Below, one piece after another: positions 52,132-63,232 of a stretch of DNA of 64,000 nucleotides. Under the pieces are notes generated by a model. It saw only the letters and a program-made list of their open reading frames with translations. It made no database searches and was not told the DNA's origin. The stretch's first letter is position 1, and every line of letters starts with the position of its first letter. Both the position numbers and the translations under genes were made by a program. Source of the DNA: Obrimoposthia wandeli (lineage: Eukaryota); NCBI GenBank assembly GCA_977020255.1, contig CDROCS010002469.1, positions 310,001 through 374,000 of the forward strand. The letters are read 5' to 3'.

Positions 52132-52243
52132 CACTAAACCTATCCATATTACTTTTACCACATCAATTTATCATGCTATCAAATGCGATATACTTTAATT
52201 TTAATTGCTTAATTACTCATCTGTTAACAAAAGAACAGAATCA

Positions 52244-52699
52244 TTATTCACTTACTTTATCGAACAAAAACTTCCCAATTAACTCCTCAAGTACCAAAGC
52301 TGATTGGCTGTCTTCTATAATACTACCATTTTCCAGCATTTCATCTTCAGCGCCAACCGACAGACCAATGTATTTCCCGCCCAACAAGCCTGATGTTAAA
52401 ATTTGTACCGAACTATCAATACTCAAATAATTAACTTGTGAATATATTTCCATTTCAACTTTAGCAACTAGCATCTCTGGCTCTAGTTGAATATCTGTGA
52501 CGGTACCTACTTGCACACCGGCAACCGTCACTTCAGCTTTTTTGGTCAGCCCACCAATATTTTCAAAGTGAGCGTAGATTTTATAAGTACCTTGGCTCGC
52601 TCCTGAAAGCCCACTTACTGACATTGCCAAAACTAAGCCTGCCAACAAGCCACAAACTAAAAACAAACCCACTAAAATTTCTATAGTGCGTGTGTGCAT
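52244..52699 (-). CDS. mlaD: MCE-domain protein of the Mla system
   Basis: FENIGGL, VTVAGVQVG, ILTSGLLGGKYIGL, QSALVLEELIGKF. Start refined to ATG 52699. Confidence 0.94.
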   Translation of the reverse strand: MHTRTIEILVGLFLVCGLLAGLVLAMSVSGLSGASQGTYKIYAHFENIGGLTKKAEVTVAGVQVGTVTDIQLEPEMLVAKVEMEIYSQVNYLSIDSSVQILTSGLLGGKYIGLSVGAEDEMLENGSIIEDSQSALVLEELIGKFLFDKVSE

Positions 52700-52700
52700 A

Positions 52701-53501
52701 TTAAATATCTCCAAACATTAAAGCGGTTAACACAAAATCTAAAGCTAATATCATCAATGATGAATACACTACTGTGCGTGTTGTTGACTGAGAAATCCCC
52801 TCTGAAGAAGGCACTGACTCCAACCCTTGATAAACAGCTATCCAAGTAACAGCCAAGCCAAACACTATGGCTTTTATGACGCCATTTAGTACATCATCGT
52901 AAAAGTCGACTGCTGATTGCATTACAGACCAAAAAGAACCCGAATAAACACCTAGCCACTCCACACTAACTAAAGCTCCACCATAAATACCTACTGCCGC
53001 AAATATCATTGACAATATAGGCATTGAAATAAAACCTGCCCAAAGTCTTGGCGCAACAATGCGGCGCAGCGGGTCAACGCCGATCATTTCTAATGATGCT
53101 AATTGCTCTGTTGCTTTCATCAATCCTATTTCTGCAGTTAATGCCGAACCCGCACGACCTGCAAATAATAAAGCAGTTACGACAGGAGCCAGCTCACGTA
53201 CGAGTGATAAAGCAACCATTTGCCCTACTGATTGCTCAGATCCAAAATCGACCAAAATTGTATAACCTTGTAAACCAAGCACCATACCAATGAATAATCC
53301 GGATACAGTAATTATAAGTAATGACTTTACGCCAATACTGTATAGCTGTTTAACTATGAGTGGAAAACTAACCGAAAGTTGCGGCCAAACAACCAAAGCT
53401 CTATACAAAACGATTGTAGCGCGGCCAAACCCTGCCAATGTATCGAAAAAGCCTCGACCTATACTTGCTAGAAAATCCAGCATAAAACTCAACATCCTCA
53501 T
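52701..53501 (-). CDS. mlaE: Mla ABC permease
   Basis: [36 protein letters not shown]. Confidence 0.95.
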   Translation of the reverse strand: MRMLSFMLDFLASIGRGFFDTLAGFGRATIVLYRALVVWPQLSVSFPLIVKQLYSIGVKSLLIITVSGLFIGMVLGLQGYTILVDFGSEQSVGQMVALSLVRELAPVVTALLFAGRAGSALTAEIGLMKATEQLASLEMIGVDPLRRIVAPRLWAGFISMPILSMIFAAVGIYGGALVSVEWLGVYSGSFWSVMQSAVDFYDDVLNGVIKAIVFGLAVTWIAVYQGLESVPSSEGISQSTTRTVVYSSLMILALDFVLTALMFGDI

Positions 53502-54307
53502 TCTTTACTATTGCTTAATTGCAGCATTATATCATCAGCTGGATAGTGGAATGGTACCGGCCCATCAGGGTAGCCATTAATAAACTGCTGTACATGAGCA
53601 GAGCTGGATTCTCTGATTTGCTGCGCACTACCTTCAGCTACAATCACTCCATCAGCCATAATGCAAATATAGTCGGCAATACTTAACGTTTCTTGGATAT
53701 CGTGAGAAATAATAACACTAGTATGACCAAGAGACCGATTAAGCTTTTTAATCAATTCGACTAATACACCCATACCAATTGGATCTTGCCCTGCAAAGGG
53801 CTCATCGTACATTACAATTTCAGGATCAAGAGCAATAGCTCTGGCTAATGCTACACGCCGTGCCATACCACCAGACAACTCGTTTGGCATTAGCTTATAC
53901 GCGCCTCGTAGACCTACTGCTTGCAACTTCATCAACACGACATCGCGAATCAGCTCTGCACTGAGATTAGTATTTACTTGCAATGGAAAAGCCACATTTT
54001 CAAAAACACTCATATCCGAAAAAAGTGCACCACTTTGAAATAACATGCCCATTTTCTTGCGTAGCAAAAAAAGTTTATTACGACTCAGTTGTTGCAAGTC
54101 ATTACCTTCAACTCGAACTACCCCACCTTCAGGCTTCAATTGTCCGCCTATCATTTTTAGCAGCGTAGTTTTACCTGATCCTGAAGGCCCTAGAATCGCA
54201 GTTATTTTTCCTTTTGGTATTTGTAAGTTTATATCTCTAAAAATAGCGCGCTGACCACGACTAAATTTAAGGTGCTCAATTTGAATTATATTTTCTGTGT
54301 CAAGCAC
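53498..54307 (-). CDS. mlaF: Mla ABC ATPase
   Basis: [39 protein letters not shown]. Confidence 0.95.
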   Translation of the reverse strand: MLDTENIIQIEHLKFSRGQRAIFRDINLQIPKGKITAILGPSGSGKTTLLKMIGGQLKPEGGVVRVEGNDLQQLSRNKLFLLRKKMGMLFQSGALFSDMSVFENVAFPLQVNTNLSAELIRDVVLMKLQAVGLRGAYKLMPNELSGGMARRVALARAIALDPEIVMYDEPFAGQDPIGMGVLVELIKKLNRSLGHTSVIISHDIQETLSIADYICIMADGVIVAEGSAQQIRESSSAHVQQFINGYPDGPVPFHYPADDIMLQLSNSKE

Positions 54308-54713
54308 ATTTTACCTCTCTATTATAGCTGTACACCATAACATTTGATATTTTTGGTGTCTGTACGAGTATGTATATAAGTGTCTCGATAAATACCAAGA
54401 TGCTAAAAATTATACTTGAGAATTATGCAATCTATATTTTAACAATTAACCCTACTATCACTTACTTATTAAACGCTTAACATTCGACACCCTAATATTG
54501 ACACCCAGCGTTACTAAACTAGAATAGAGTCTATAAAATACCGTTTAAAAAAAGCGCAATTATAGCACCGGGTTTTTCTAATCTCTACGGGGGAATCATT
54601 AACTATCTGATTAAGTACTCGAGCAAACTAAGTGTAAAGGTCGTTTTAACTTGCACCTCTTATCAGTTCTGGTCTAATAGTCATTTTTTAGATCCAAGAT
54701 TTTAAGGTTAACT

Positions 54714-55655
54714 ATGTTATTTCCTATTATCAGCCTTCTTCTCGGTCTCATTGTTTTAGTTTGGAGCGCAGACAAGTTTGTCTTCGGCGCTGCATCCACT
54801 GCCAAGAATTTTGGCATGTCCCCTATGTTAATTGGATTAACCATAGTCTCGTTTGGTACCTCTGCACCTGAAATACTTGTATCCATCGTCGCGACCATTG
54901 AAAATTCAGGCACTTTGGCCATCGGCAATGCAATTGGTTCCAATATTGCAAACATCGCTTTGGTGCTAGGTGCAACCGCAATTGTCGCACCTCTTCCTGT
55001 TAAGAATGCAGTTCGTTCTAAAGAAATACCATTAATGCTAGTGGTTACTTTAATCGCTGGCGCGTTGCTGTTTAATTTACGCTTAGACATTTTAGACAGC
55101 GCCATTCTTTTTACTGCTTTAATAATATCTCTCGTCCTCTTTGCTAAATTTCAACGAGACCTAGAGCAGCAGGAAAATGAACAAACTCCTGAATTAAGCA
55201 CAGCTTTGAGCCTGTTTTGGCTAATAGCAGGATTAGTTATGCTGGTAGTCAGTTCAAAAGCCCTTGTGTGGGGCGCCACCGAAATCGCATTATCACTTGG
55301 TGTTTCAAAATTAGTCATAGGGCTAACAATTGTCGCCATAGGCACCAGTTTACCTGAGTTAGCAGCCTCGATTACTAGCGCACTCAAAGGACATCATGAT
55401 ATCGCCATAGGCAATGTTATCGGCTCAAATATCTTTAACCTAGGCGCGGTAATGGCGATTCCTGGGTTAGCTGGTACATTAACATTATCAAACGATGTTT
55501 TTCAGCGTGACTATTTATTAATGGCCGCTTTAAGCTTACTATTACTGATTTTTTGTTTTATGCGCAAACCTGCTGTCATCAAACGGCTTGAAGGTGTTGT
55601 TTTTCTAACTATATATGCTGGTTATATGCTAATTTTATACGTAACATCGGCTTAA
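54714..55655 (+). CDS. yrbG: Ca2+/Na+ antiporter family protein
   Basis: Two alpha repeats (GTSAPE...GSNIAN; GTSLPE...GSNIFN). Confidence 0.92.
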   Translation: MLFPIISLLLGLIVLVWSADKFVFGAASTAKNFGMSPMLIGLTIVSFGTSAPEILVSIVATIENSGTLAIGNAIGSNIANIALVLGATAIVAPLPVKNAVRSKEIPLMLVVTLIAGALLFNLRLDILDSAILFTALIISLVLFAKFQRDLEQQENEQTPELSTALSLFWLIAGLVMLVVSSKALVWGATEIALSLGVSKLVIGLTIVAIGTSLPELAASITSALKGHHDIAIGNVIGSNIFNLGAVMAIPGLAGTLTLSNDVFQRDYLLMAALSLLLLIFCFMRKPAVIKRLEGVVFLTIYAGYMLILYVTSA

Positions 55656-55704
55656 CTTTTTCTCTTTTAAAACGTTTAAATACCACCTGAAATTGGATTT
55701 TTTA

Positions 55705-56679
55705 ATGAATGAAAGCAACTTGTTTTTAAGCTCAGCCCGTCGAACGATAACACTAGAAGCGCAAGCAGTAAGTAATTTGTTAGAGCTGCTAGACGAAAAT
55801 TTCGACCTAAGCTGCCAAGCAATGCTCTCTTGTAAAGGTCGCGTAATTGTATCGGGAATGGGTAAATCGGGTCATATCGGTAAAAAAATAGCCGCGACAC
55901 TTGCAAGTACAGGCACTCCAGCATTTTTTGTACACCCAGCAGAAGCGAGCCATGGAGATATGGGAATGATCACTGAAAATGACGTGGTATTAGCCCTGTC
56001 CAATTCAGGCGAAGCATTCGAGCTAAAATCAATATTGCCACTCATAAAACGCATGGGAATTCCTTTAATTAGCATCACATCCTATGAAGAATCAACTTTA
56101 GCCACTATGGCTGATTTTAACTTAAACACCGGTGTTCAAACCGAAGCTTGCCCCTTAAATTTAGCCCCCACCTCAAGCACTACGGCACAATTGGCCATGG
56201 GCGATGCATTGGCATTAGCTATCTTAGAAGCGAAAGGGTTTAATGCTGAAGATTTCGCTTTTTCTCATCCTGGTGGCAGTCTAGGTCGAAAACTACTCTT
56301 AAAGGTTGCAGATATTATGCATTGTGGGGAATCAATTCCAAAAGTTGACTCTAATACCTTATTGACAAAAGCGCTTTTAGAAGTCACTGAAAAACGCTTA
56401 GGCATGACCACTATTGTTGACAAAACCGGTGTGCTACAAGGTGTTTTTACCGATGGGGATTTACGACGCGCTTTAGATAGCGATATTGATCTCAAAAAAA
56501 CCACTATTGATAACTTAATGAGCACCAAAGTCACCACTGTTGATGCTAACATTCTAGCTGCACAAGCATTATTAATAATGCAAAACAAAGGCATAGGACA
56601 ACTTGTGATAACAGATAGTCATAATAAACCAATCGGTGCGCTAAATATGCAAGATATGTTAAATGCAGGAGTCTTATAA
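55705..56679 (+). CDS. kdsD: Arabinose-5-phosphate isomerase
   Basis: GMGKSGHIG, HPAEASHGD, APTSST, HPGGSLG and a CBS pair. ATG 55705 preferred over TTG 55693. Confidence 0.95.
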   Translation: MNESNLFLSSARRTITLEAQAVSNLLELLDENFDLSCQAMLSCKGRVIVSGMGKSGHIGKKIAATLASTGTPAFFVHPAEASHGDMGMITENDVVLALSNSGEAFELKSILPLIKRMGIPLISITSYEESTLATMADFNLNTGVQTEACPLNLAPTSSTTAQLAMGDALALAILEAKGFNAEDFAFSHPGGSLGRKLLLKVADIMHCGESIPKVDSNTLLTKALLEVTEKRLGMTTIVDKTGVLQGVFTDGDLRRALDSDIDLKKTTIDNLMSTKVTTVDANILAAQALLIMQNKGIGQLVITDSHNKPIGALNMQDMLNAGVL

Positions 56680-57216
56680 ATGCAGCGTATCACCGAAATT
56701 GATATTCTCGCTAAAGCACGAAAAGTAAAATTAGCAGTCTTTGATGTAGACGGCATCATGACAGATGGCAGTTTATATTTATTGGCTGATGGCAGTGAAA
56801 TCAAAAGTTTTAATACCCTTGATGGCTTAGGCTTAAAGCTTTTGCAAAAAAACAACATAGCCACCGCAATTATTACTGGCAGATCTTCACCGCAAGTTGC
56901 TCAAAGAGCTAAAGCATTGGGTGTAAACTATTTATTACAATCTAGAGACGATAAATTACAAGCGCTTAATGAACTTTGCAAACAACATCATTTTGAATTA
57001 TCGCAATGCGCATATATAGGAGATGACTTACCCGATTTAGCCGCGATCAGAGCGGTCTCTTTTGGCGTAACAGTACCTAACGCTCACCCGCTACTATTGC
57101 AACACTGTGATTGGTGTACCACAAGAACAGGGGGTAAAGGGGCAGCACGAGAGTTTTGTGAAGCTATATTGGATTCCCAGCAGTTGTTAGACAATTGCTA
57201 TAGTGAGTATCTGTAA
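56680..57216 (+). CDS. kdsC: KDO-8-phosphate phosphatase
   Basis: HAD motif FDVDGIMTDG, IITGRSS, IGDDLPD, GGKGAARE. Confidence 0.95.
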   Translation: MQRITEIDILAKARKVKLAVFDVDGIMTDGSLYLLADGSEIKSFNTLDGLGLKLLQKNNIATAIITGRSSPQVAQRAKALGVNYLLQSRDDKLQALNELCKQHHFELSQCAYIGDDLPDLAAIRAVSFGVTVPNAHPLLLQHCDWCTTRTGGKGAAREFCEAILDSQQLLDNCYSEYL

Positions 57217-57792
57217 GTGATCATAGCTCGCCATAAGCTACGCTTAATTGTCGCTATAATATTAGTTGTTTGTGCCGTCATCGGTTGGATCAATTTTGAC
57301 AACCAAGACCAGATCAGCATCCCTAAAGCTGCCAACAATGAACAAGAAGTTGACTTTTACATTAAAAATGCACGCTTTAAAGCTTTTGATGCCAGTGGTC
57401 AACTGGTACAAACCGCTACATCAAATCACATCGAACATTATAAGCAGCGCCAAAGCAGCCAATTAAGCGCTCCATATTTTGTAAATTACAAAGATTTAAA
57501 TGTTTCACAAACCATTAAAAGTCAAACTGCAACGGCGCTAGATATTAGTGGTAAAATTACTTTTGAAGGGAAAGTATTAGCGACAGGCTTCAAAAATTCG
57601 CTGCAAGATACTTACCTTAAAACTGAATTACTGCATTATAATCGCAACAATAACAGTATAAGCACAGATGAATTCGTTGAATTTACTGACTTATTCGGTA
57701 ATATTACTACTTCAACCGGTCTTTTTGCAGACTTGGACTCACAAACAATTAACTTTAAAACTAATGTTAAAGGGACATTTAATGAGAAATAA
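57217..57792 (+). CDS. lptC: LPS export protein LptC
   Basis: N-terminal TM plus jellyroll-like domain, located between kdsC and lptA. Sequence is divergent. Confidence 0.85.
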   Translation: MIIARHKLRLIVAIILVVCAVIGWINFDNQDQISIPKAANNEQEVDFYIKNARFKAFDASGQLVQTATSNHIEHYKQRQSSQLSAPYFVNYKDLNVSQTIKSQTATALDISGKITFEGKVLATGFKNSLQDTYLKTELLHYNRNNNSISTDEFVEFTDLFGNITTSTGLFADLDSQTINFKTNVKGTFNEK

Positions 57793-58360
57793 AATGGCAC
57801 CTCGTTTACTTCTGAAAATTCCATCATCTTTTTACAACAACCAGTCATATCAGTTAATTATTCATCTCAAAAAAGTACGATTTTTTTTAGTATTAGTTTT
57901 AGCTCTCAGCTGCTCGCAAGTCGCATTTGCATTACCTGATGACAGAAACAAACCTATTGACGTCGTTGCGAACAGTGCCACATTAGACGACAAAACAGGG
58001 GTCACGACTCTCACAGGTGCTGTTAAAATAATTCAAGGCACTATGGCAATCACTGCCGATAAACTTGTTATTAGCCGTAATAAAAATGGAGATATTAGTG
58101 AAATGCTTGCCACTGGAAAGCCTGCGCACTTCACCCAACAACAACAAAAAGACCAACCTTACTCAAAAGCTTGGGGCACTAAAATGATTTACTCCGTTGA
58201 CGAGCAAAAGATAACAATTACCGGCAATGCACGCGTTGAACAATTAAGTGATAAATTCACTGGAGAAGTAATCGTTTATCAAATGGATAAAGCTATTGTT
58301 AATGCTAGAGGCGGCAAACAAAGAGTCAAAATGATCATTCAACCAAAAGGCAAAAAATAG
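57782..58360 (+). CDS. lptA: LPS export periplasmic protein LptA
   Basis: AFA|[33 protein letters not shown]. Start at ATG 57782 or 57794. Confidence 0.92.
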   Translation: MRNKMAPRLLLKIPSSFYNNQSYQLIIHLKKVRFFLVLVLALSCSQVAFALPDDRNKPIDVVANSATLDDKTGVTTLTGAVKIIQGTMAITADKLVISRNKNGDISEMLATGKPAHFTQQQQKDQPYSKAWGTKMIYSVDEQKITITGNARVEQLSDKFTGEVIVYQMDKAIVNARGGKQRVKMIIQPKGKK

Positions 58361-58362
58361 TA

Positions 58363-59085
58363 ATGTTGTTAACTGCCAGTCATTTAGCTAAATCTTACAA
58401 ACGCCGACCTGTGGTTCGCGATGTGAGCATTAAAATTGCCAGTGGTGAAGTTATTGGTTTACTTGGCCCTAACGGTGCAGGTAAGACAACCTGCTTTTAT
58501 ATGATAGTTGGTTTAATAAAATCAGATACTGGTAAAATAACACTGGACGATTTAGATCTTACCGCTTTGCCTATGCATGAAAGAGCCCGCAAAGGAATAG
58601 GCTATTTACCACAAGAGCCTTCTATTTTTCGCAAACTAAGTGTTGAAAATAATTTGCTAGGCATTTTAGAAATGCGCAAAGATCTTAACAGAGCACAGCA
58701 AAAACAAAAAATGGAATCTTTATTAGAAGAATTTCATATTACTCATATTAGATACAATACGGGTATGAGCCTTTCTGGTGGAGAGCGCCGAAGAGTAGAA
58801 ATAGCAAGAGCACTAGCCACTGAGCCCAAATTCATTTTATTGGATGAACCTTTTGCGGGTGTGGACCCTATTTCAGTTAATGACATCAAACAAACAATTC
58901 TACATCTACAAAGCAAAGGTATTGGCATTTTGATCACTGATCATAATGTAAGAGAAACTCTCGACATCTGTGAAAAGGCCTATATTGTACATGATGGTTT
59001 TATTTTGGCCTCAGGCGCGCCGCACGAAATAATGGAAAATGAGCAAGTAAAAAATGCTTATTTAGGGGATAAATTCTCCCTTTAA
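58363..59085 (+). CDS. lptB: LPS export ABC ATPase
   Basis: [52 protein letters not shown]. Confidence 0.97.
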   Translation: MLLTASHLAKSYKRRPVVRDVSIKIASGEVIGLLGPNGAGKTTCFYMIVGLIKSDTGKITLDDLDLTALPMHERARKGIGYLPQEPSIFRKLSVENNLLGILEMRKDLNRAQQKQKMESLLEEFHITHIRYNTGMSLSGGERRRVEIARALATEPKFILLDEPFAGVDPISVNDIKQTILHLQSKGIGILITDHNVRETLDICEKAYIVHDGFILASGAPHEIMENEQVKNAYLGDKFSL

Positions 59086-59136
59086 GCCGCACTTTTCATT
59101 GCATCCGAAGTATTTTAGAGTATCGTTATAGCATAT

Positions 59137-60657
59137 ATGAAACAGTCTTTAGAGTTAAAAATCGGACAACATTTGTCCATGACCCCACAGTTGCAGCAGG
59201 CGATAAGATTGCTGCAATTATCTTCACTTGATCTACAACAAGAAGTTCAGGAAGCTTTAGATAGCAATCCAATGCTAGAGCCTGGAGAAGAAATAAAAGC
59301 AGACACTGTACAATCCCTCGACGATAAAGAACGTGCGCAACTCCAACAACCTGCTAATGATCAAAAAACAGATATACAAAATAATAGTAGTGAAGCTAAC
59401 ATTACCTCAACTGACGACACTGCCAATGAGTGGAATAATGATATTCCTGTAGACCTTGCCACCGATAGCAATTGGGAAGATACTTTTCAGCACGGCCCTA
59501 GTACTAGTAATCAAGTAATAGATCAAACTAGCATTGAGCCTTACGACACTAAAGAAGAAAGCTTACAAGACCATCTTAGTTGGCAATTAAACCTTACAAC
59601 AATGAACGAAGTGGATCAAACTATCGCCGCTAATATAATTGACGGTATTGATCCTGACGGATACTTAAGAACTGATTTACAAGATATTTACACACAATTT
59701 CAACAAAGTGATAACTCTATATTACATGAAATTGAACTTGATGAATTTGAAGTCGTCTTGACACGTATACAACAATTTGACCCCCCTGGTATCGCCGCTA
59801 GAAATTTGAGCGAATGCTTATTAATTCAACTTAACCAATTACCCGCTGATACCGATTATCTAGAAACGGCCAAGAAAATAGTGATTAGCCACATCCAGCT
59901 ACTTGGTAGTCATGATTATCGTACTTTAATGCGTAAAATGCAGCTTTCAGAAAGCCATTTACAAAAAGCTATAACACTAATTTTGACGCTAAATCCACAA
60001 CCTGGAGCCAGCATTACGCCCAATACAGCGCAATACATCACACCCGATGTATTTGTTGAAAAAATAGAGGGGTTTTGGCAAGTGCGTCTCAATGGTGATA
60101 ATGCTGTCAATCTCACTATTAACAACACTTATGCAAATATGATCAAACGGGCAAATAACAGTGAAGATAACAACTATTTAAAAAATCATTTACAAGAAGC
60201 ACGCTGGCTAATAAAAAGTATTCAAAGCAGATATGACACTTTGTTAAAAGTATCAAATCAAATTCTCGAGCGCCAAATTGATTTTTTCGAGCATGGCGAA
60301 ATGGCCATGAAACCTATGGTTTTACAAGACATAGCAGAAGCCGTTGATATGCATGAATCAACTATTTCAAGAGCGACTACTCAAAAATACATGCACACAC
60401 CCAATGGAATTTTTGAATTAAAATACTTTTTTTCTAGTCATGTTAGTACTAGTGACGGCGGCGCTGCATCTTCAACCGCCATAAGAGCTATCATTAAAAA
60501 GATTCTAGAAACAGAGAACCAGGCGAAACCATTAAGTGATAATAAAATCGCTAAACTGCTAGAAGCAGAAGGTATAAATGTAGCTAGGCGAACCATTGCA
60601 AAATATCGTGAATCGATGGGTATCCCCCCTTCGAATGAACGTAAACGCTTGCTATAA
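59137..60657 (+). CDS. rpoN: RNA polymerase sigma-54 factor
   Basis: MTPQLQQAIRLLQLS, HTH MHESTISRAT and RpoN box ARRTIAKYRE. Confidence 0.98.
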   Translation: MKQSLELKIGQHLSMTPQLQQAIRLLQLSSLDLQQEVQEALDSNPMLEPGEEIKADTVQSLDDKERAQLQQPANDQKTDIQNNSSEANITSTDDTANEWNNDIPVDLATDSNWEDTFQHGPSTSNQVIDQTSIEPYDTKEESLQDHLSWQLNLTTMNEVDQTIAANIIDGIDPDGYLRTDLQDIYTQFQQSDNSILHEIELDEFEVVLTRIQQFDPPGIAARNLSECLLIQLNQLPADTDYLETAKKIVISHIQLLGSHDYRTLMRKMQLSESHLQKAITLILTLNPQPGASITPNTAQYITPDVFVEKIEGFWQVRLNGDNAVNLTINNTYANMIKRANNSEDNNYLKNHLQEARWLIKSIQSRYDTLLKVSNQILERQIDFFEHGEMAMKPMVLQDIAEAVDMHESTISRATTQKYMHTPNGIFELKYFFSSHVSTSDGGAASSTAIRAIIKKILETENQAKPLSDNKIAKLLEAEGINVARRTIAKYRESMGIPPSNERKRLL

Positions 60658-60694
60658 ACAGGCACTACCTATAATCGCAAAACAGGAGATTTTT

Positions 60695-60985
60695 ATGCAA
60701 ATCAACATTACCGGACATCACGTAGATCTCACAAAAGCACTAACTGAATACGTTCATTTAAAAATAGAAAAGCTAGAGCGCCACTTTGACAATATAACGA
60801 ATGTACAAGTTACATTAAGCGTTGAAAAAAATAGACAAAAAGCCGAAGCAAACTTACACTTGTCAGGTAAAGAAATATTTGCCTCCGATGAGCAAGAACA
60901 GATGTACGCAGCCATTGATGGGTTGTCGGATAAGTTGGACCGACAAATTATTCGTTACAAAGAAAAACTCAAAAGCCACAAATAG
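60695..60985 (+). CDS. hpf: Ribosome hibernation promoting factor
   Basis: MQINITGHHVDLT, MYAAIDGLSDKLDRQ. SD AGGAG upstream of ATG 60695. Confidence 0.95.
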   Translation: MQINITGHHVDLTKALTEYVHLKIEKLERHFDNITNVQVTLSVEKNRQKAEANLHLSGKEIFASDEQEQMYAAIDGLSDKLDRQIIRYKEKLKSHK

Positions 60986-61005
60986 ATAACTAAACGTAAA
61001 ATACT

Positions 61006-61464
61006 ATGCCAATAATCGACCTACTCTCTACCCAATTTGTTATCCATAACTTACAGGTAGGGAGTAAAAAAAGAACCTTAGATCACATCAGCGCAATGAT
61101 TAGTGATAATAATGAAAATATTAGCCATGATGAAATATTTAGTGGTCTTATCGAAAGAGAACGCTTAGGCAGTACCGGTATCGGAGAAGGTATCGCTATT
61201 CCTCACTGTCGCCTAGATCATCTAGACAAAGCCATTGGAGTTTTCTTAAAGCTTGATAAAGCGGTTGATTTTGATGCTATCGATAGAAAACCTGTTGATT
61301 TGGTGTTTGCTTTAGTTGTTCCCTCCAATTGCTGCGACGAGCACTTGCATACTTTAGGAAAATTAGCCGAAATATTCAGTGATGCTGAAAATCGCGATGT
61401 ATTACGTCTATGTGAGGATGCCTCATCCCTCTACAGCCAATTAATCTCACTGGCCAAAAATTGA
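61006..61464 (+). CDS. ptsN: PTS(Ntr) EIIA
   Basis: SKKR, RERLGSTGIGEGIAIPHCR (phospho-His), DKKP-like DRKPVDL. Confidence 0.95.
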   Translation: MPIIDLLSTQFVIHNLQVGSKKRTLDHISAMISDNNENISHDEIFSGLIERERLGSTGIGEGIAIPHCRLDHLDKAIGVFLKLDKAVDFDAIDRKPVDLVFALVVPSNCCDEHLHTLGKLAEIFSDAENRDVLRLCEDASSLYSQLISLAKN

Positions 61465-61695
61465 TATCACAGCTAAAAAACGTCTTTGGCGAAATATAGT
61501 AGTTTGACTGGCGTAAAGTAAACATAGTGAACAAATTTTAAAGTAGAATAACTGAACATATTCATTTTGATAAAAAATCTCTATTCATCTATCTTCAATC
61601 ATAATTAACACCCATTCTTTAAACTAATTTAGTACAATGAAAACCTAAGCTAATGATTTTATCAGCGGTTTAGGAGGCTTTCAAAAGGTGCAACT

Positions 61696-62595
61696 ATGAA
61701 ACTTATCATTATTAGCGGTAGATCAGGTTCGGGGAAAAGTACTGCTATTCAAGTCTTAGAAGATATTGGCTTTTATTGTATAGACAATTTACCTGCAGCA
61801 CTACTACCTGAAACGATTAACTACTTGCAAAGCCTCCAGCAAGATAATGGCGATTCTCTGACGAAAGATAACAACAATATAAAAGATAAAATAGCATTGT
61901 GCATTGATGCGCGTAACCCCGTTGAACACCTAGAAAAGCTACCTCATATAATCGAAAAATTTAAAGATAGCCAAAAAGATTTTGAAATCGATTTTATTTA
62001 TTTAGATGCCAGTGATGAAATTTTAATTCAAAGATACAGTGCTACTCGCAGGCGTCATCCAATGGCGAATCAGGTTCAAGGGCTTAAATCGTCAATTGAA
62101 TATGAAAAATCCGTACTGACAACAATTTCAGACCTAGCCTCAATACGCATCGACACAACTCATCTTTCTTTATATGAACTACGCGATGTTATTAAATACC
62201 GAGTTGCTGAGCGTACCGAACAAAACTTATCGCTACAATTTATCTCTTTCGGTTTCAAGCATGGAGTACCTTTAGATTCAGACATGGTTTACGATTTAAG
62301 AATTCTACCCAACCCCTATTGGGTACCGGAGTTAAGATCTTATAACGGAAAACAACAACCCGTCATTAATTTTCTATCTCAACAAGTCTTAGTCACTGAT
62401 ATGATTAATGATATTAAAAGTTACGTAGAAAAATGGCTACCTCATTTCAAAACCAATAATCGTAGTTATGTAACAATTGCGCTTGGCTGTACTGGTGGGC
62501 AACATAGATCAGTTTATATAGCTGAGCAATTAACTAGCCATTTCTTGCCGCTTATGGATAATGTATCTGTTTATCATCGTGAAATTGTCCAATAG
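61696..62595 (+). CDS. rapZ: RNase adapter protein RapZ
   Basis: ISGRSGSGKST, DNLP, ATRRRHP, SFGFKHG, NPYW, GCTGGQHRSV. Confidence 0.96.
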   Translation: MKLIIISGRSGSGKSTAIQVLEDIGFYCIDNLPAALLPETINYLQSLQQDNGDSLTKDNNNIKDKIALCIDARNPVEHLEKLPHIIEKFKDSQKDFEIDFIYLDASDEILIQRYSATRRRHPMANQVQGLKSSIEYEKSVLTTISDLASIRIDTTHLSLYELRDVIKYRVAERTEQNLSLQFISFGFKHGVPLDSDMVYDLRILPNPYWVPELRSYNGKQQPVINFLSQQVLVTDMINDIKSYVEKWLPHFKTNNRSYVTIALGCTGGQHRSVYIAEQLTSHFLPLMDNVSVYHREIVQ

Positions 62596-62841
62596 CAACC
62601 GACCTTTTATTCACAATAAAGTATTGAAAGTTGGTTTAAAAATAATAGATAGCAGCAATATTTCAAACCTGTGAGCCTTTAGTTGTTATATATTGGTTTT
62701 TCACTGCGTTATTGACTGCTTCTATCTTACGCTTTCGTTAAATGGCGCGAAAGCACTGTGGAGTAGTTTAAAGCTGGCATTCACGATCAAGTATCATTAA
62801 CGTTTTATAGCAACCCACTCGGCAATTTAAGGAAACAATAC

Positions 62842-63111
62842 ATGCCAAGTACTAATATTGAGATTATCAACAAACTAGGATTACACGCTAGAGCTGCGTC
62901 TAAACTCGTTGCTGTTACAGGTAAATATTCGTGTGATGTTAGAATCACTAAAGGCGATAAAATCGTCGACGGTAAAAGTATTATGTCAGTGATGATGCTT
63001 GCAGCTAGCAAGGGAACACAGCTGCAAATCGCCACTCAAGGTGAAGACCAAGATCAAGCCTTAGAAGCCATTGTCTATTTAATAAGCAATAGGTTTGATG
63101 AAGAGGAATAA
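62842..63111 (+). CDS. ptsO: HPr-family phosphocarrier NPr
   Basis: INKLGLHARAASK, DGKSIMSVMMLAA. Confidence 0.93.
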   Translation: MPSTNIEIINKLGLHARAASKLVAVTGKYSCDVRITKGDKIVDGKSIMSVMMLAASKGTQLQIATQGEDQDQALEAIVYLISNRFDEEE

Positions 63112-63232
63112 ACTAACCTTTTCAGCCTAATACATTTATTTTTTCTCAAATCGGTGCTACTACTAAGCTATAATTATTATTAAGTTCATCTAAATTAGCT
63201 ATTTTTCATTCTCCCACTGAGATTTTTACTCT

